Of a stretch of DNA of 64,000 nt, positions 50,851-64,000 are shown piece by piece. The notes under the pieces are model-generated. The model was not told the DNA's origin. It worked only from the letters and a program-made list of their open reading frames with translations, and ran no database searches. Origin of the DNA: an uncultured Gemmatimonadales bacterium. GTDB taxonomy: Bacteria; Gemmatimonadota; Gemmatimonadetes; Gemmatimonadales; GWC2-71-9. How positions within the stretch are numbered: position 1 is the stretch's first letter; every line of letters starts with the position of its first letter. Made by a program: the position numbers and the translations under genes. The DNA is taken from positions 448,001 to 512,000 of the forward strand of contig CAVVKJ010000005.1 of the NCBI GenBank assembly GCA_963748815.1. The letters run 5' to 3'.

Positions 50851-51879
50851 ATGAGCCGACTGTTGCCGGTGCTGGCCGGGGTCCTCCTGCTCGGTTGCGC
50901 CGGCCGGGGGGATCGCGGGGGCCCGGTCTGGATCGACCGGAAGGCGGAGTCGATGAATGCCTCCTTGCAGATGACCCTGGAAGGGCGCAATCTGGCGGCC
51001 GCGGTGGAAGCGTCCCAGTCGGTCCTGAGCGCCGTGGGCGCGGCGGACGCGCTCCTCTCGGCCAATCGGTCCGACAGCCGTGTGACTGCGCTTAACGACA
51101 TCGCCGTCGGCGCGACGTCGGCCATCGATCCGGAATTGTGCCGCGTCCTGAAGGAAGTCAGCGGCCATGCCGCCGAGGTGCCCGGCGCGTTCGACATGGT
51201 CATCGGTTCCCTCGTCGACGCCTGGGATCTCGACGGTGACGGGCGCATCCCCTCCGTGGCGGAGTTGGAGGCGGCGCGCCGGGCCGCGGGCACCGGCGGG
51301 ATGCAGCTCGACTTCGACCGGTGCACGGCGCAGCGCCTCGCGGCACAGGCGGGATTCGAGCCGTGGGGGTTCGTGAAGGGGTACAGCCTTCGGGCGGGAC
51401 GCGACAGCCTGCTGGCCCATGGAGTGCATTCGGCCCAGCTGAAGTTCGGCCAGCAGGTGCTGGTGCTCGGCCCGACGGAGCAGGGTGGGCCGTGGCGGAT
51501 GGCCATTCCAAGCCCGGAGGACAAGAAGGAGGAGGTGTTCACGCTCTGGCTGGCCAGCGGCTCGGCGTCGACCTCAAGCCAGTCGCACCGATACGTGAGG
51601 GCGGCGGGCCAGACCGTCGGGCACATCCTCGACCCGAGGACGGGAACGCCGGTAGCGGGGTGGGGAAGCCTGACGGTGGTGGCGCAGGACCCCCTGCGGG
51701 CCGACGTCCTGTCGACCGCCCTCTTCGTCCTGGGTCCCGACAGTGCCTATGCGTGGGCGGAGCGGCACAACGACGTGGGCGTCCTGGTGCTGGATCGGCG
51801 GGACGGCGCCATCCGCTTTCGGTACAACGAGGGACTGCGCCCGGCGCTCGATTCCGCGACCGCCACGCCCATCCGCTGA
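50851..51879 (+). CDS. apbE: FAD:protein FMN transferase (ApbE) lipoprotein
   Basis: LLGC lipobox, GAFD, FVKGY, STS, GHILDPRTG, ADVLSTALF. Confidence 0.88.
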   Translation: MSRLLPVLAGVLLLGCAGRGDRGGPVWIDRKAESMNASLQMTLEGRNLAAAVEASQSVLSAVGAADALLSANRSDSRVTALNDIAVGATSAIDPELCRVLKEVSGHAAEVPGAFDMVIGSLVDAWDLDGDGRIPSVAELEAARRAAGTGGMQLDFDRCTAQRLAAQAGFEPWGFVKGYSLRAGRDSLLAHGVHSAQLKFGQQVLVLGPTEQGGPWRMAIPSPEDKKEEVFTLWLASGSASTSSQSHRYVRAAGQTVGHILDPRTGTPVAGWGSLTVVAQDPLRADVLSTALFVLGPDSAYAWAERHNDVGVLVLDRRDGAIRFRYNEGLRPALDSATATPIR

Positions 51880-51892
51880 TCCCGGCCCAGCG

Positions 51893-52543
51893 CTACGGCT
51901 TGGCGCTGGTGTCAGGCACCTGCTGCGAGCTCTGGGAGCGCGCCCGGGCCGACACCCGGGCCAGCTCCCGGTCAAAGGTCGAGATCTTCGAACTCCATCC
52001 CTCCGCCGCCACCGATCCGTAGCTGAAAACGATGGGTGAGTAGACCGGCAACTCATCGGCAAACACGTACAGCCCCTGCCCGACGGCCTGCTGCGGAAGC
52101 TGCTGCCGGTTGAAGTTCGCATTGAGCGGAATGATGCCGACCGGATCGACCCGGATCGAGTTGACGGAGACGCCGATCGAGGTCGCATCAAACCGGACAT
52201 CGGGGACGTTGCCGTAGACGGTGACCAGCATGAGGCCGGGCTGCGTCGATCCGCTGTACCGGCTCACCGAATCGATGGCGACATGCCGGCTCGCGATCAT
52301 GCCGGAGAGCGCCCGGTAGGCGTCCGGGGCCAGCAGCCGGAGGAGCCGCTCGTTGAGCGGCTGGAATCGCACGGTCAGCTGGCTGTTTGCGATCGAGATG
52401 GAAATCTGTTCCTGCGTGAGCGAGCCCAGTCCCATCGGGGGCATCGTCCCCATGGGGTCGGCGGGCTGCTGGGAGTGCGCCGGGCCCGAGTGCGCGCAGG
52501 CACAGAGGGCCAGCACGGCTGCGAGTCGGCGAATGGTCGTCAT
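51893..52543 (-). CDS. hypothetical secreted protein
   Basis: Signal-like N-terminus; ATGA overlap with engB stop. Confidence 0.7.
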   Translation of the reverse strand: MTTIRRLAAVLALCACAHSGPAHSQQPADPMGTMPPMGLGSLTQEQISISIANSQLTVRFQPLNERLLRLLAPDAYRALSGMIASRHVAIDSVSRYSGSTQPGLMLVTVYGNVPDVRFDATSIGVSVNSIRVDPVGIIPLNANFNRQQLPQQAVGQGLYVFADELPVYSPIVFSYGSVAAEGWSSKISTFDRELARVSARARSQSSQQVPDTSAKP

Positions 52544-53169
52544 GAGGACGGTCCTTGCTCTGCGACGGCCAGGATGCTCTCGCCGAGGTCGGCGATCCCT
52601 TCCCCCGTCACGATACTGGTTGGCTGCAACTCGTCGGCGGCCATCTCGAGGGTGCGGGCCAGGGCGAGCAGGCGCTCCCGCGCCGCCACCCGCCCCAGCT
52701 TGTCGGTCTTGGTCAAGACGGCCAGCACCGGGTGGCCGGCGGCCGCGAGCAGGTGCCGGACGTCCTGGTCCTCAGCGGACAGCTCGCGCCGAATGTCCAG
52801 CATCCAGACCACCCCGGCCAGCGTGGCCCGGTGCTCCACGTAGCCGTTCAGGAGTTCGCGGAATCCGGCGCGGGCGGTCTTGCTGGCCCGCGCGAAGCCA
52901 TAGCCGGGCAGGTCCACCAGGTAGAGGCCGGGCAGCCGGAAGACGTTGACCAGCCGCGTCTTGCCGGGCGTCCCGCTCACGCGCGCGAGTCCCTTCTTGC
53001 CCACGAGGGCGTTGAGCAGACTCGACTTCCCGACGTTGGACCGCCCGACGAACGCGACCTCGGGTAGCGGCGGATCCAGGCGCACGCGCGGATCGGGGAA
53101 GGACCCGACGAACTCGATGGGAAGGCTGGACAGCGGGGGAGCGGCGGGGCCGCGGGGCTGGGAAGCCGT
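52540..53169 (-). CDS. engB: ribosome biogenesis GTPase YihA/YsxC; start uncertain
   Basis: [25 protein letters not shown]. Confidence 0.92.
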   Translation of the reverse strand, partial: TASQPRGPAAPPLSSLPIEFVGSFPDPRVRLDPPLPEVAFVGRSNVGKSSLLNALVGKKGLARVSGTPGKTRLVNVFRLPGLYLVDLPGYGFARASKTARAGFRELLNGYVEHRATLAGVVWMLDIRRELSAEDQDVRHLLAAAGHPVLAVLTKTDKLGRVAARERLLALARTLEMAADELQPTSIVTGEGIADLGESILAVAEQGPSS

Positions 53170-53177
53170 CGCGCCTC

Positions 53178-54425
<1,248 letters not shown>

Positions 54426-54494
54426 GCGCTGGCCGCCGATGGTGAAGGGGGGACCCAACCCGAAAGGTGGGTCGGGTCCCGGGGGGCGTCAAGG

Positions 54495-55112
54495 CTAGGC
54501 CGGGGGGGCCAGCCAATCCTTGTGGGGCTCGAAGACCGTGTCAATCAAGCCGTACTCCTTGGCCTCTTCCGCACTCATGAACCGGTCCCGGTCCATGTCC
54601 CGCTCGATCGTTTCGATCGGCTGGCCGGTGTGTAAGCTGTAGAGCTGGTTCATCTTAGAGCGGAGGTAGAGGATCTCACGGGCCTGGATCTCGATGTCCG
54701 ATGCGGTGCCTTGGGCGCCGCCGGACGGCTGGTGAATCATGATCCGGCTGTGGGGCAGGGCGCTCCGCTTCCCCTTGGCTCCAGCCGAGAGGAGGAACGA
54801 CCCCATGGAGGCCGCCATCCCCATGCAGATCGTGTTCACCGGGGCCCGAAGGTGCTGCATCGTGTCGTAGATGGCCATCCCGCTCGACACCACGCCACCC
54901 GGACTGTTGAGGTACAGGTAGATGTCCTTCTCGGGGTTGTCGGCCTCGAGAAAGAGCAGCTGGGCGATGATGATGTTGGCGACGTCGTCGTTGATGCCGG
55001 CGCCGAGGAAGACGATTCGGTCCATCAGCAGGCGGCTGAAAATGTCGTAGGTGCGCTCGCCGCGGCTGGACCGCTCGATGATGTACGGAGGATAGACAGA
55101 CACTGGGCTCAC
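54495..55112 (-). CDS. clpP: ATP-dependent Clp protease proteolytic subunit
   Basis: [30 protein letters not shown]. Confidence 0.98.
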   Translation of the reverse strand: MSPVSVYPPYIIERSSRGERTYDIFSRLLMDRIVFLGAGINDDVANIIIAQLLFLEADNPEKDIYLYLNSPGGVVSSGMAIYDTMQHLRAPVNTICMGMAASMGSFLLSAGAKGKRSALPHSRIMIHQPSGGAQGTASDIEIQAREILYLRSKMNQLYSLHTGQPIETIERDMDRDRFMSAEEAKEYGLIDTVFEPHKDWLAPPA

Positions 55113-56353
55113 CCTTCCACGGTGGATTGCTGGAGCAGGTAACCAAAAACCTTGTCCTCGGTGATGGCGCGCTCGAGTTCCGGGAGTCGCTTCGCCTTCT
55201 GCAGCGACGCGTACACCTGGCCGGCCGGGACGTTGCGGGCCGAGGCCATGGCTGCGATACGGGCGTCGACGTCCGCTTCGGTCGCGTAGAGGCTCTGGGC
55301 CTCGGCCACCGCGGACAGGACGAGGTCGCGCCGGACCTGGGCCTCCGCCACCGGCTGGAACTGCGCCGCGAACTCCGGCTCCTTCTCGTGCGGCACGCCG
55401 TAGGCGTGCAGGTAGCCGTGGATCACGCGGTGGACCAGCGAGGGAGGGGCCTCGACGTTGTTCGCCTCGACCAGCTTCTGGATCAGCTGATCGCGCACCC
55501 GGGCATCGGCCTCCCGTACGGCCTCCTGTTCGAGGTCACTGCGCACGGCCGCGCGGAGCCCGGCCAAGTCGTCGAAATCGCCGACTTCGCGCGCGAACGC
55601 GTCGTCGAGGGGAGGCAGTTCCTGCCGCTTCACCTCGTGGAGCGCCACCTTGAGCTTCCGGACCATCCCGCGTCGGCTCTCGTCGGGGTGGTCCTCCGGG
55701 AGGCGGACCTCCGTCTCGGCGACTTCGCCCGGCTGCAGCTCCATGATCCGTTCCTCGAGGGCCGGCAGCGCCTGCCCCTCGCCGAGCACGATGGAGTGCG
55801 GTTGCGGCTCGGGCGAGGCATCGTCGTCGAGCGGGGTAACGTCCACCTGGACCATGTGCCCTGGGGCGGGCTTCTGCCCCTCCACCGGGAGCCAGGTCGC
55901 CTTCTGCTCGCGGAGCTTCCCGATCTGCTCCTCGATCTGCGGCTCCGAGACCTCGGGGACCTCGCGGGTGATGGTGAACCCGCCGACGGTGGAGACAGTC
56001 ACCTCGGGGCGCACTTCGACGTGCAACTCGAACTCGATGGCACCGCCGTCGTCAAACTTGAGGTTCCGGACCGACGGATCGGCCACGGGTTTCAGCGCCT
56101 CGGACTCGCGCGCCTGGTCCCAGCTCTCGCGAATGACTTCGTCGAGGACCGTCTGGCGGATGGCGTCGTGATAGCGCTTGCGGACGATGGCGGGGGGGGC
56201 GTGACCCTTCCGGAATCCCGGCAGCCTGACATTGCGGGAGACCTGCTGAACGGCCCGGTCCTCAGCCAGCCGGACGCGCTCGACCGGCACGGTCACCTGG
56301 AGGGACTTCGACGCGGCGTCGCCGCTGGTCGCTTGAATCGTGATGGTAGTCAT
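55109..56353 (-). CDS. tig: trigger factor
   Basis: [10 protein letters not shown] ribosome-binding signature, FKBP-like centre; tig-clpP-clpX order. Confidence 0.95.
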   Translation of the reverse strand: MTTITIQATSGDAASKSLQVTVPVERVRLAEDRAVQQVSRNVRLPGFRKGHAPPAIVRKRYHDAIRQTVLDEVIRESWDQARESEALKPVADPSVRNLKFDDGGAIEFELHVEVRPEVTVSTVGGFTITREVPEVSEPQIEEQIGKLREQKATWLPVEGQKPAPGHMVQVDVTPLDDDASPEPQPHSIVLGEGQALPALEERIMELQPGEVAETEVRLPEDHPDESRRGMVRKLKVALHEVKRQELPPLDDAFAREVGDFDDLAGLRAAVRSDLEQEAVREADARVRDQLIQKLVEANNVEAPPSLVHRVIHGYLHAYGVPHEKEPEFAAQFQPVAEAQVRRDLVLSAVAEAQSLYATEADVDARIAAMASARNVPAGQVYASLQKAKRLPELERAITEDKVFGYLLQQSTVEG

Positions 56354-56406
56354 GATGGGGGGAAATCTACCCGACCGCCGGGACCCGGGCAAACCAACGT
56401 CGTCGC

Positions 56407-56634
56407 TCAGCCGCCCGGGCGGGGCGGGAGGTCCCGGGCGACCGCGGGATCCCGGAACCCCTCGCGGGCGTGGGCGCCGTCGCAGAACGGCTTGTTCGTG
56501 GAATGGCCGCAGCGACAGAGGGTGATCGTCGACCGGCCGCCGAGTCCAAAGCGGGTGCCTTCCACGTCCGCCATCGCAAAGTCGCCTTCGATGCGGATCG
56601 GTCCGTTCGGGTTGATGACGACGCGCGCCGAGAT
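56407..56634 (-). CDS. CDGSH iron-sulfur domain protein (start codon reads ATC)
   Basis: NGPIRIEG, LCRCGHSTNKPFCDGAH; GGAGG RBS. Confidence 0.85.
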   Translation of the reverse strand: MSARVVINPNGPIRIEGDFAMADVEGTRFGLGGRSTITLCRCGHSTNKPFCDGAHAREGFRDPAVARDLPPRPGG

Positions 56635-56654
56635 ACGACCTCCCTGAGAATGAG

Positions 56655-56735
56655 TGCGACCGGAGGGACTCGAACCCCCACGGGTTTCCCCACCTGGTCC
56701 TAAGCCAGGCGCGTCTGCCATTCCGCCACGGTCGC
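56655..56735 (-). tRNA. tRNA-Leu(TAG), CCA not encoded
   Basis: GCGACCG/CGGTCGC acceptor stem, CCTGG-CTTAGGA-CCAGG anticodon arm, long variable arm, GTTCGAGTCC T-arm. Confidence 0.96.
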
Positions 56736-56756
56736 CGATGCTGGTCTGGTGGGGCG

Positions 56757-57665
56757 TCAGGACTCCCCGCCGGTGTCTCCCCGCAATTCGCGCTCGATCG
56801 CGCCGAGGGTTCCCCGGGTTTCCGGTGTACCCTCCCCGGTTTTCCGGAGGCGCTTCGCCTCGCGCTCCAACTCCCGCTTGAACAGTTCCTCCGCGACCGC
56901 CTGGCGCTGCTTCAGCTCGGCGGCGAATTCGGGGTCCCGGGCCAGGCGCTGCACATCCTCGCGCACGCGGGTGACAAGTTCGGCCACATGTTCCCGTGCA
57001 TGCTGGGCGTCGACGTCGTTCGCGGGAAGCGCGGCGAGGCGCCGACCCACGCGTTCCAGCAGCCGCAGGTAGGCCTCACTCGGCTCGGCCTGCCGCACAC
57101 GGTCAAGGTCCTTCGCCGCCGCGGGGTTGGTACGCGCCCGCCGCTCGAGATCCGCCGTCTCGGCGAGCAGCGCCCCGGCGACCAGGTTGGCGGAGGTGCG
57201 GAATTCTCCGTACGACTCCCGGCCGCTCCGCCCGAGCGCCCGGGCCACGATCAGGCCGTTCAGCGCACCCAGCCCTCCGACGATGATGGGGGCAAACGCG
57301 CGGTCGAGCCCGAGCACCTCCCCCCGGCCGAGGAGGCGGAGGAGGCCCAGGTAGATGAGTGCGGCGCCGGCGTTCGCGATGATCCACAGGGCGTAGTAGC
57401 CTAGCGGTCCCGCGTTGCGCAGCCCGGCCAGGACCAGGGCGATGGCCCCGCCGGCCGCGCCCGCCACGAGGCCGGCCATGCCCATGTCGAGGACCGCGGC
57501 AGGCACATCGGTCCGCCCCTGCACGAGCCAGACGGGGACGCTGGCGAGGACCAGGCCCGCCGTGACAGCCAGCCCGAGCAGCGCCCCCCAGAAGGGGGGT
57601 TGCAGCGCCGGCGGGAGCCGTTCGGCTGTCTCGACCACGCGCAGGAGTCGGGAACGACGGGTCAT
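56757..57665 (-). CDS. hypothetical membrane protein (4 TM plus helical C-terminus)
   Basis: Four hydrophobic segments then charged helical region; GGAG RBS. Confidence 0.7.
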   Translation of the reverse strand: MTRRSRLLRVVETAERLPPALQPPFWGALLGLAVTAGLVLASVPVWLVQGRTDVPAAVLDMGMAGLVAGAAGGAIALVLAGLRNAGPLGYYALWIIANAGAALIYLGLLRLLGRGEVLGLDRAFAPIIVGGLGALNGLIVARALGRSGRESYGEFRTSANLVAGALLAETADLERRARTNPAAAKDLDRVRQAEPSEAYLRLLERVGRRLAALPANDVDAQHAREHVAELVTRVREDVQRLARDPEFAAELKQRQAVAEELFKRELEREAKRLRKTGEGTPETRGTLGAIERELRGDTGGES

Positions 57666-57669
57666 GTGC

Positions 57670-58164
57670 TCACTCCAGCAGCCAGCCGAGGAAGATCCAG
57701 GAGACGCGCTCGCCATTGAGGCCGACGCGCATGACGTGCAGGCCGTCCTCGTGGTCTGGCGCCACGTAGTCCCACGCCGAGCCGGTCCGGCGCTGGGGTC
57801 GGCCGTACAATTCGCCCACGCGGGTGGCGGGGTCGCCGGGGCGAAGCCCCCGTGCGGTCGCCACCCCCGGGCCTGTCAGGGTGGCGCCGTATCGGAGTCC
57901 ATCGTCCGCGAGGGCAATCGCCAGGTCGGGGTAGACCCACGCCAGCAGGTCGATGTCCGGCTCGTCGGGGTCGGGGATCGAGATGACGGAGTCGGGTTCG
58001 CCGAGGACCGCCAGAATCTCCGACGAATCGGCGTCATCGGGCAGGCCGGCCACCACGAAGTCGCTGTCTGCGAGCCAGGGGCTGCCTGCCTCCCGCGGGG
58101 CGTCGCGGGAGCACGCCAAAGTGAGGGCCAGGACGGCCAGGCGGAAGGGGGTAGGGAAATTCAC
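57670..58164 (-). CDS. hypothetical acidic lipoprotein
   Basis: LALTLAC lipobox; VLGEPD and TARGLRPGD motifs. Confidence 0.72.
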   Translation of the reverse strand: MNFPTPFRLAVLALTLACSRDAPREAGSPWLADSDFVVAGLPDDADSSEILAVLGEPDSVISIPDPDEPDIDLLAWVYPDLAIALADDGLRYGATLTGPGVATARGLRPGDPATRVGELYGRPQRRTGSAWDYVAPDHEDGLHVMRVGLNGERVSWIFLGWLLE

Positions 58165-58184
58165 GCTGTAATGTAAGCCTCAAA

Positions 58185-58222
58185 GCGGTGTTGGGACACG
58201 GCATGCCGTCTCCCAACACCGC
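58185..58222. terminator. long hairpin downstream of htrA (terminator, REP-like)
   Basis: GCGGTGTTGGGA-C-ACGGCATGCCGT-C-TCCCAACACCGC; TTTG follows on the minus strand. Confidence 0.65.
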
Positions 58223-58245
58223 CCCGTCCCGCGACCGTCCACTCC

Positions 58246-59844
<1,599 letters not shown>

Positions 59845-59906
59845 GGGGCGGACTCTCAGTCGTGGATGTATGGGCGCACTTCCCGGCGCAGCCGGGCTAT
59901 TCCATC

Positions 59907-59934
59907 ATAACCCGGATGCGCAGGAAAAAGTTTC
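59907..59934 (-). promoter_or_regulatory. possible ECF promoter of htrA
   Basis: GAAAC-N17-GGTTAT with a T-tract after the -35. Confidence 0.5.
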
Positions 59935-59943
59935 GGTCGCGGA

Positions 59944-61859
<1,916 letters not shown>

Positions 61860-61949
61860 GCGGGTCAGTTCCTTTCTCGGGAAATCACGCACGTCGACCG
61901 GCGGCTGGAGGCCGCAGGCGCGATGCGAACGGTATCGGAACCGTCTAGG

Positions 61950-62004
61950 GCAACCCCTATACCGTGATTTGCTGCCATTTTGACAGCAATCTATGTTATT
62001 GATA
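61950..62004 (-). promoter_or_regulatory. putative sigma54 promoter of dnaK with upstream inverted repeat and IHF-like site
   Basis: CGGTAT-AGGGG-TTGC (GG-N10-GC); TTGCTG-N9-CAGCAA; TATCAATAACATA. Confidence 0.5.
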
Positions 62005-62021
62005 GTAAGACAGTTACGACA

Positions 62022-62049
62022 AGCCCGACCCTGACGACAGGATCGGGCT
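62022..62049 (-). terminator. hairpin downstream of the terminal gene
   Basis: AGCCCGACCCTG-ACGA-CAGGATCGGGCT. Confidence 0.5.
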
Positions 62050-62069
62050 GGGGGGGGATTGACGAGGAG

Positions 62070-64000
62070 CTAGAAGGACTGGGCGAACGAGAAGGTGAAG
62101 GTCCAGTCACCGCCTTCGAGCGGGCGCGCCGCGCCGAAGCCGAGGAGGGTACCAAAGAGGCTGAGCCGGATTTCCTGCGTCGACTTGACGCCATCCGACA
62201 CCACGGAGAAGGGCTCGGTGACGCCATTGACGGTCTGCGTACCGACCGCGTCCAGGGCTGCTTGCGCCGCGTCGTTGGTCGTGTTGGTGTATCCGGCGTA
62301 GAACCGGTACGAGAAGTTCGGGGCGATGGGGGGGATCGTCGCATTGCCGATCTTGAGCGGCGCCTGGAGGAAGGGCAGCGGTACCGCAATCATCCAGCGG
62401 CTGAGCCCGCCCACGTTCCCGCCGAACTGGTCGTAGTCGTAGCCCGGCATGGACCCCGAGCCGCCGATCAGGAAGAGCTGCTGGGTGGGGGGATTGTCAG
62501 CGATCGTGGTGCCGGCATCTGCGACCATGGTGAAGGTGAGGACCTTCCAGTTGAGACGGACGACGAACCCGGCCTGGATCCGCTGATACGGCAGGTCGCC
62601 ACCGCCGGCTTCGTACGTGGCGTGGAGCCCGATGCCGGTCTTGGTGAAATGCGAGCTGACTTCCGGGTGCCAGTTCACGCCGACCTGCACGCGGGGATAC
62701 TCATAGGCGACGACGTTCGGGTTGATGGTATAGGCCTGCCCCAGGGGTCCGGAGGAGAGATCTGCGACGGTGCGCCGATCGTCGATCCAGTCGATCCGGG
62801 CGGTGACCCCGCCGGGATTCAGCTGGTTGAAGAACCACTCGCCACCGACTCCAACCGTCAACCGATCCACGTAGTCGTAGTTGTCCTGCTGGAAGAGCGC
62901 GCGGACGCCCCGATTGTAGTCGAGCGGGTCGGCAAACTTCGTGGCGAGGTCGAGGTCGCGCATCGCCTTCACGTTGGTGGCCCACCGTGGACGGCCCAGC
63001 GTGGCCGTCACGCCGCCTCGCGGAAGCCCGGGCCACATGGCGTACCCGGCGGTCCCGCGCACCTTCAGTCCCGGCACCGCGTCGCGGAAATACATCGTGC
63101 CGGAGACGCCGAGATAGAGCCCTTCCACGCGGTTGAACCGGAGCGCCTCCAGCGTCGTCGGGCCGCGCCACAGGTACTCGGGAGGGCCGTCCGGCCGGAG
63201 GGCCAGCGGCCCAACGCTGAACAGATCGGCCGTCTCCACCGAGTTGATCGGCGTGTTTGGCGGCAGCTTCCAATCGCGAAAGTGGCGGAGGCTGTCTTTC
63301 GTCACTACCGAGCGGCCGGGCTCGAGCGGCGGGAGCGGGGGTGGCGGCTCGCCCGGAGCGCCGACGATCGCCTCGATCTCCCCGAGACGTGACATCACGC
63401 GAAGGATGCTCCAGCTCTCGGTGGTCAGCGGAATCAGCACTTCGAGGTCGATGCGCTGATAGGTCGGGAGCCACCCCGCACCCGGCACCTCCGTGGTCAC
63501 GATATCCGCGACCGAGCCGTTGATGGCCAGCTTGTTCAGGAACTTGGCCCGTCCCGATTCGGGCGGCCCCCCGATGGTGAGAAACTGCCCTTTCAGGCGG
63601 CGGAGGATGCCCGTTTCCGGGTCGAGGTAGAGCTCGCCCCGGAAGATCTTTTCACGAGTGGCTCCGGCTTCGAGGGGCCACACCTCGACCCGCACGACCC
63701 GCTGCGGCGCGCCGGTCGGAAAGGCGATGGTGACGGTGTCGCCGCCCTCGAACCGGTAGTACCGCTCCCGATCGGGACCGAGCGGTGACCACGCCGAGTA
63801 GTCCCCACTCGAATCGGCCCCGACCGCCGTCTTGGCGCCGCTCGACGAACCGAAGAGGTCGATCCTGGGCCCGGTCAGGGTCGGGATGATCCAGCCGTTG
63901 GAAAGCGCCGCCGAGCCGGGGAGGGGGACACCCGTCGTAACGACGCGATACCCGAGCTGATGCTGGCCGTACCCGCTGTCGGCGATCCAGGTGAACACGC
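62070..64000 (-). CDS. outer-membrane beta-barrel protein (DUF5686-like), 5'-partial
   Basis: GELYLD, GWLP, RFNRVEGLYLG, amphipathic strands, C-terminal Phe; frame open to the window edge. Confidence 0.7.
   Translation of the reverse strand, partial: VFTWIADSGYGQHQLGYRVVTTGVPLPGSAALSNGWIIPTLTGPRIDLFGSSSGAKTAVGADSSGDYSAWSPLGPDRERYYRFEGGDTVTIAFPTGAPQRVVRVEVWPLEAGATREKIFRGELYLDPETGILRRLKGQFLTIGGPPESGRAKFLNKLAINGSVADIVTTEVPGAGWLPTYQRIDLEVLIPLTTESWSILRVMSRLGEIEAIVGAPGEPPPPLPPLEPGRSVVTKDSLRHFRDWKLPPNTPINSVETADLFSVGPLALRPDGPPEYLWRGPTTLEALRFNRVEGLYLGVSGTMYFRDAVPGLKVRGTAGYAMWPGLPRGGVTATLGRPRWATNVKAMRDLDLATKFADPLDYNRGVRALFQQDNYDYVDRLTVGVGGEWFFNQLNPGGVTARIDWIDDRRTVADLSSGPLGQAYTINPNVVAYEYPRVQVGVNWHPEVSSHFTKTGIGLHATYEAGGGDLPYQRIQAGFVVRLNWKVLTFTMVADAGTTIADNPPTQQLFLIGGSGSMPGYDYDQFGGNVGGLSRWMIAVPLPFLQAPLKIGNATIPPIAPNFSYRFYAGYTNTTNDAAQAALDAVGTQTVNGVTEPFSVVSDGVKSTQEIRLSLFGTLLGFGAARPLEGGDWTFTFSFAQSF

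Noticed and set aside
56655..56735. tRNA-Leu as an integration site
   Set aside because: No integrase and no duplicated tRNA 3' end seen; tig-clpPX follows
61860..62069. CIRCE element upstream of dnaK
   Set aside because: No TTAGCACTC-N9-GAGTGCTAA match

Overview
High-GC bacterial chromosomal segment. Gene content and style suggest Gemmatimonadota, which is an inference. It is mostly housekeeping: amino-acid transporters around guaB, nrnA-nfu-apbC, ppk2, a late menaquinone (futalosine-type) cluster, mutM, purD, glmM-glmS-dtd-maf, tRNA-Leu-tig-clpP-clpX-engB, htrA and dnaK. It also carries many signalling and envelope genes: an ECF sigma/anti-sigma operon, Ser/Thr kinase, FHA-GAF adenylate cyclase, REC-HD-GYP, PilB-REC fusion, hybrid histidine kinase, and a TonB receptor-lipoprotein module. 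I saw no CRISPR array, integrase, transposase, prophage or recognisable defence system. The most interesting signals are regulatory and small-scale. (1) SigW-type promoters (TGAAAC-N16/17-CGTA) outline an envelope-stress regulon for the local ECF sigma. (2) 11-bp-phased PhoB/OmpR-like repeats lie before both the TonB receptor and its partner lipoprotein. (3) A Cho-like GIY-YIG nuclease with a possible beta-clamp motif is coupled to mutM. (4) dnaK has a sigma54-like promoter. (5) Leaderless-type starts are common, and there are unannotated small ORFs, near-cognate start codons and intergenic 7/8-mer tandem repeats. Single-base frameshifts in dnaK (two), the lipoprotein and one secreted protein suggest assembly indel errors, so single-base observations need read-level confirmation. 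All family calls come from motif recognition; no database searches were run.
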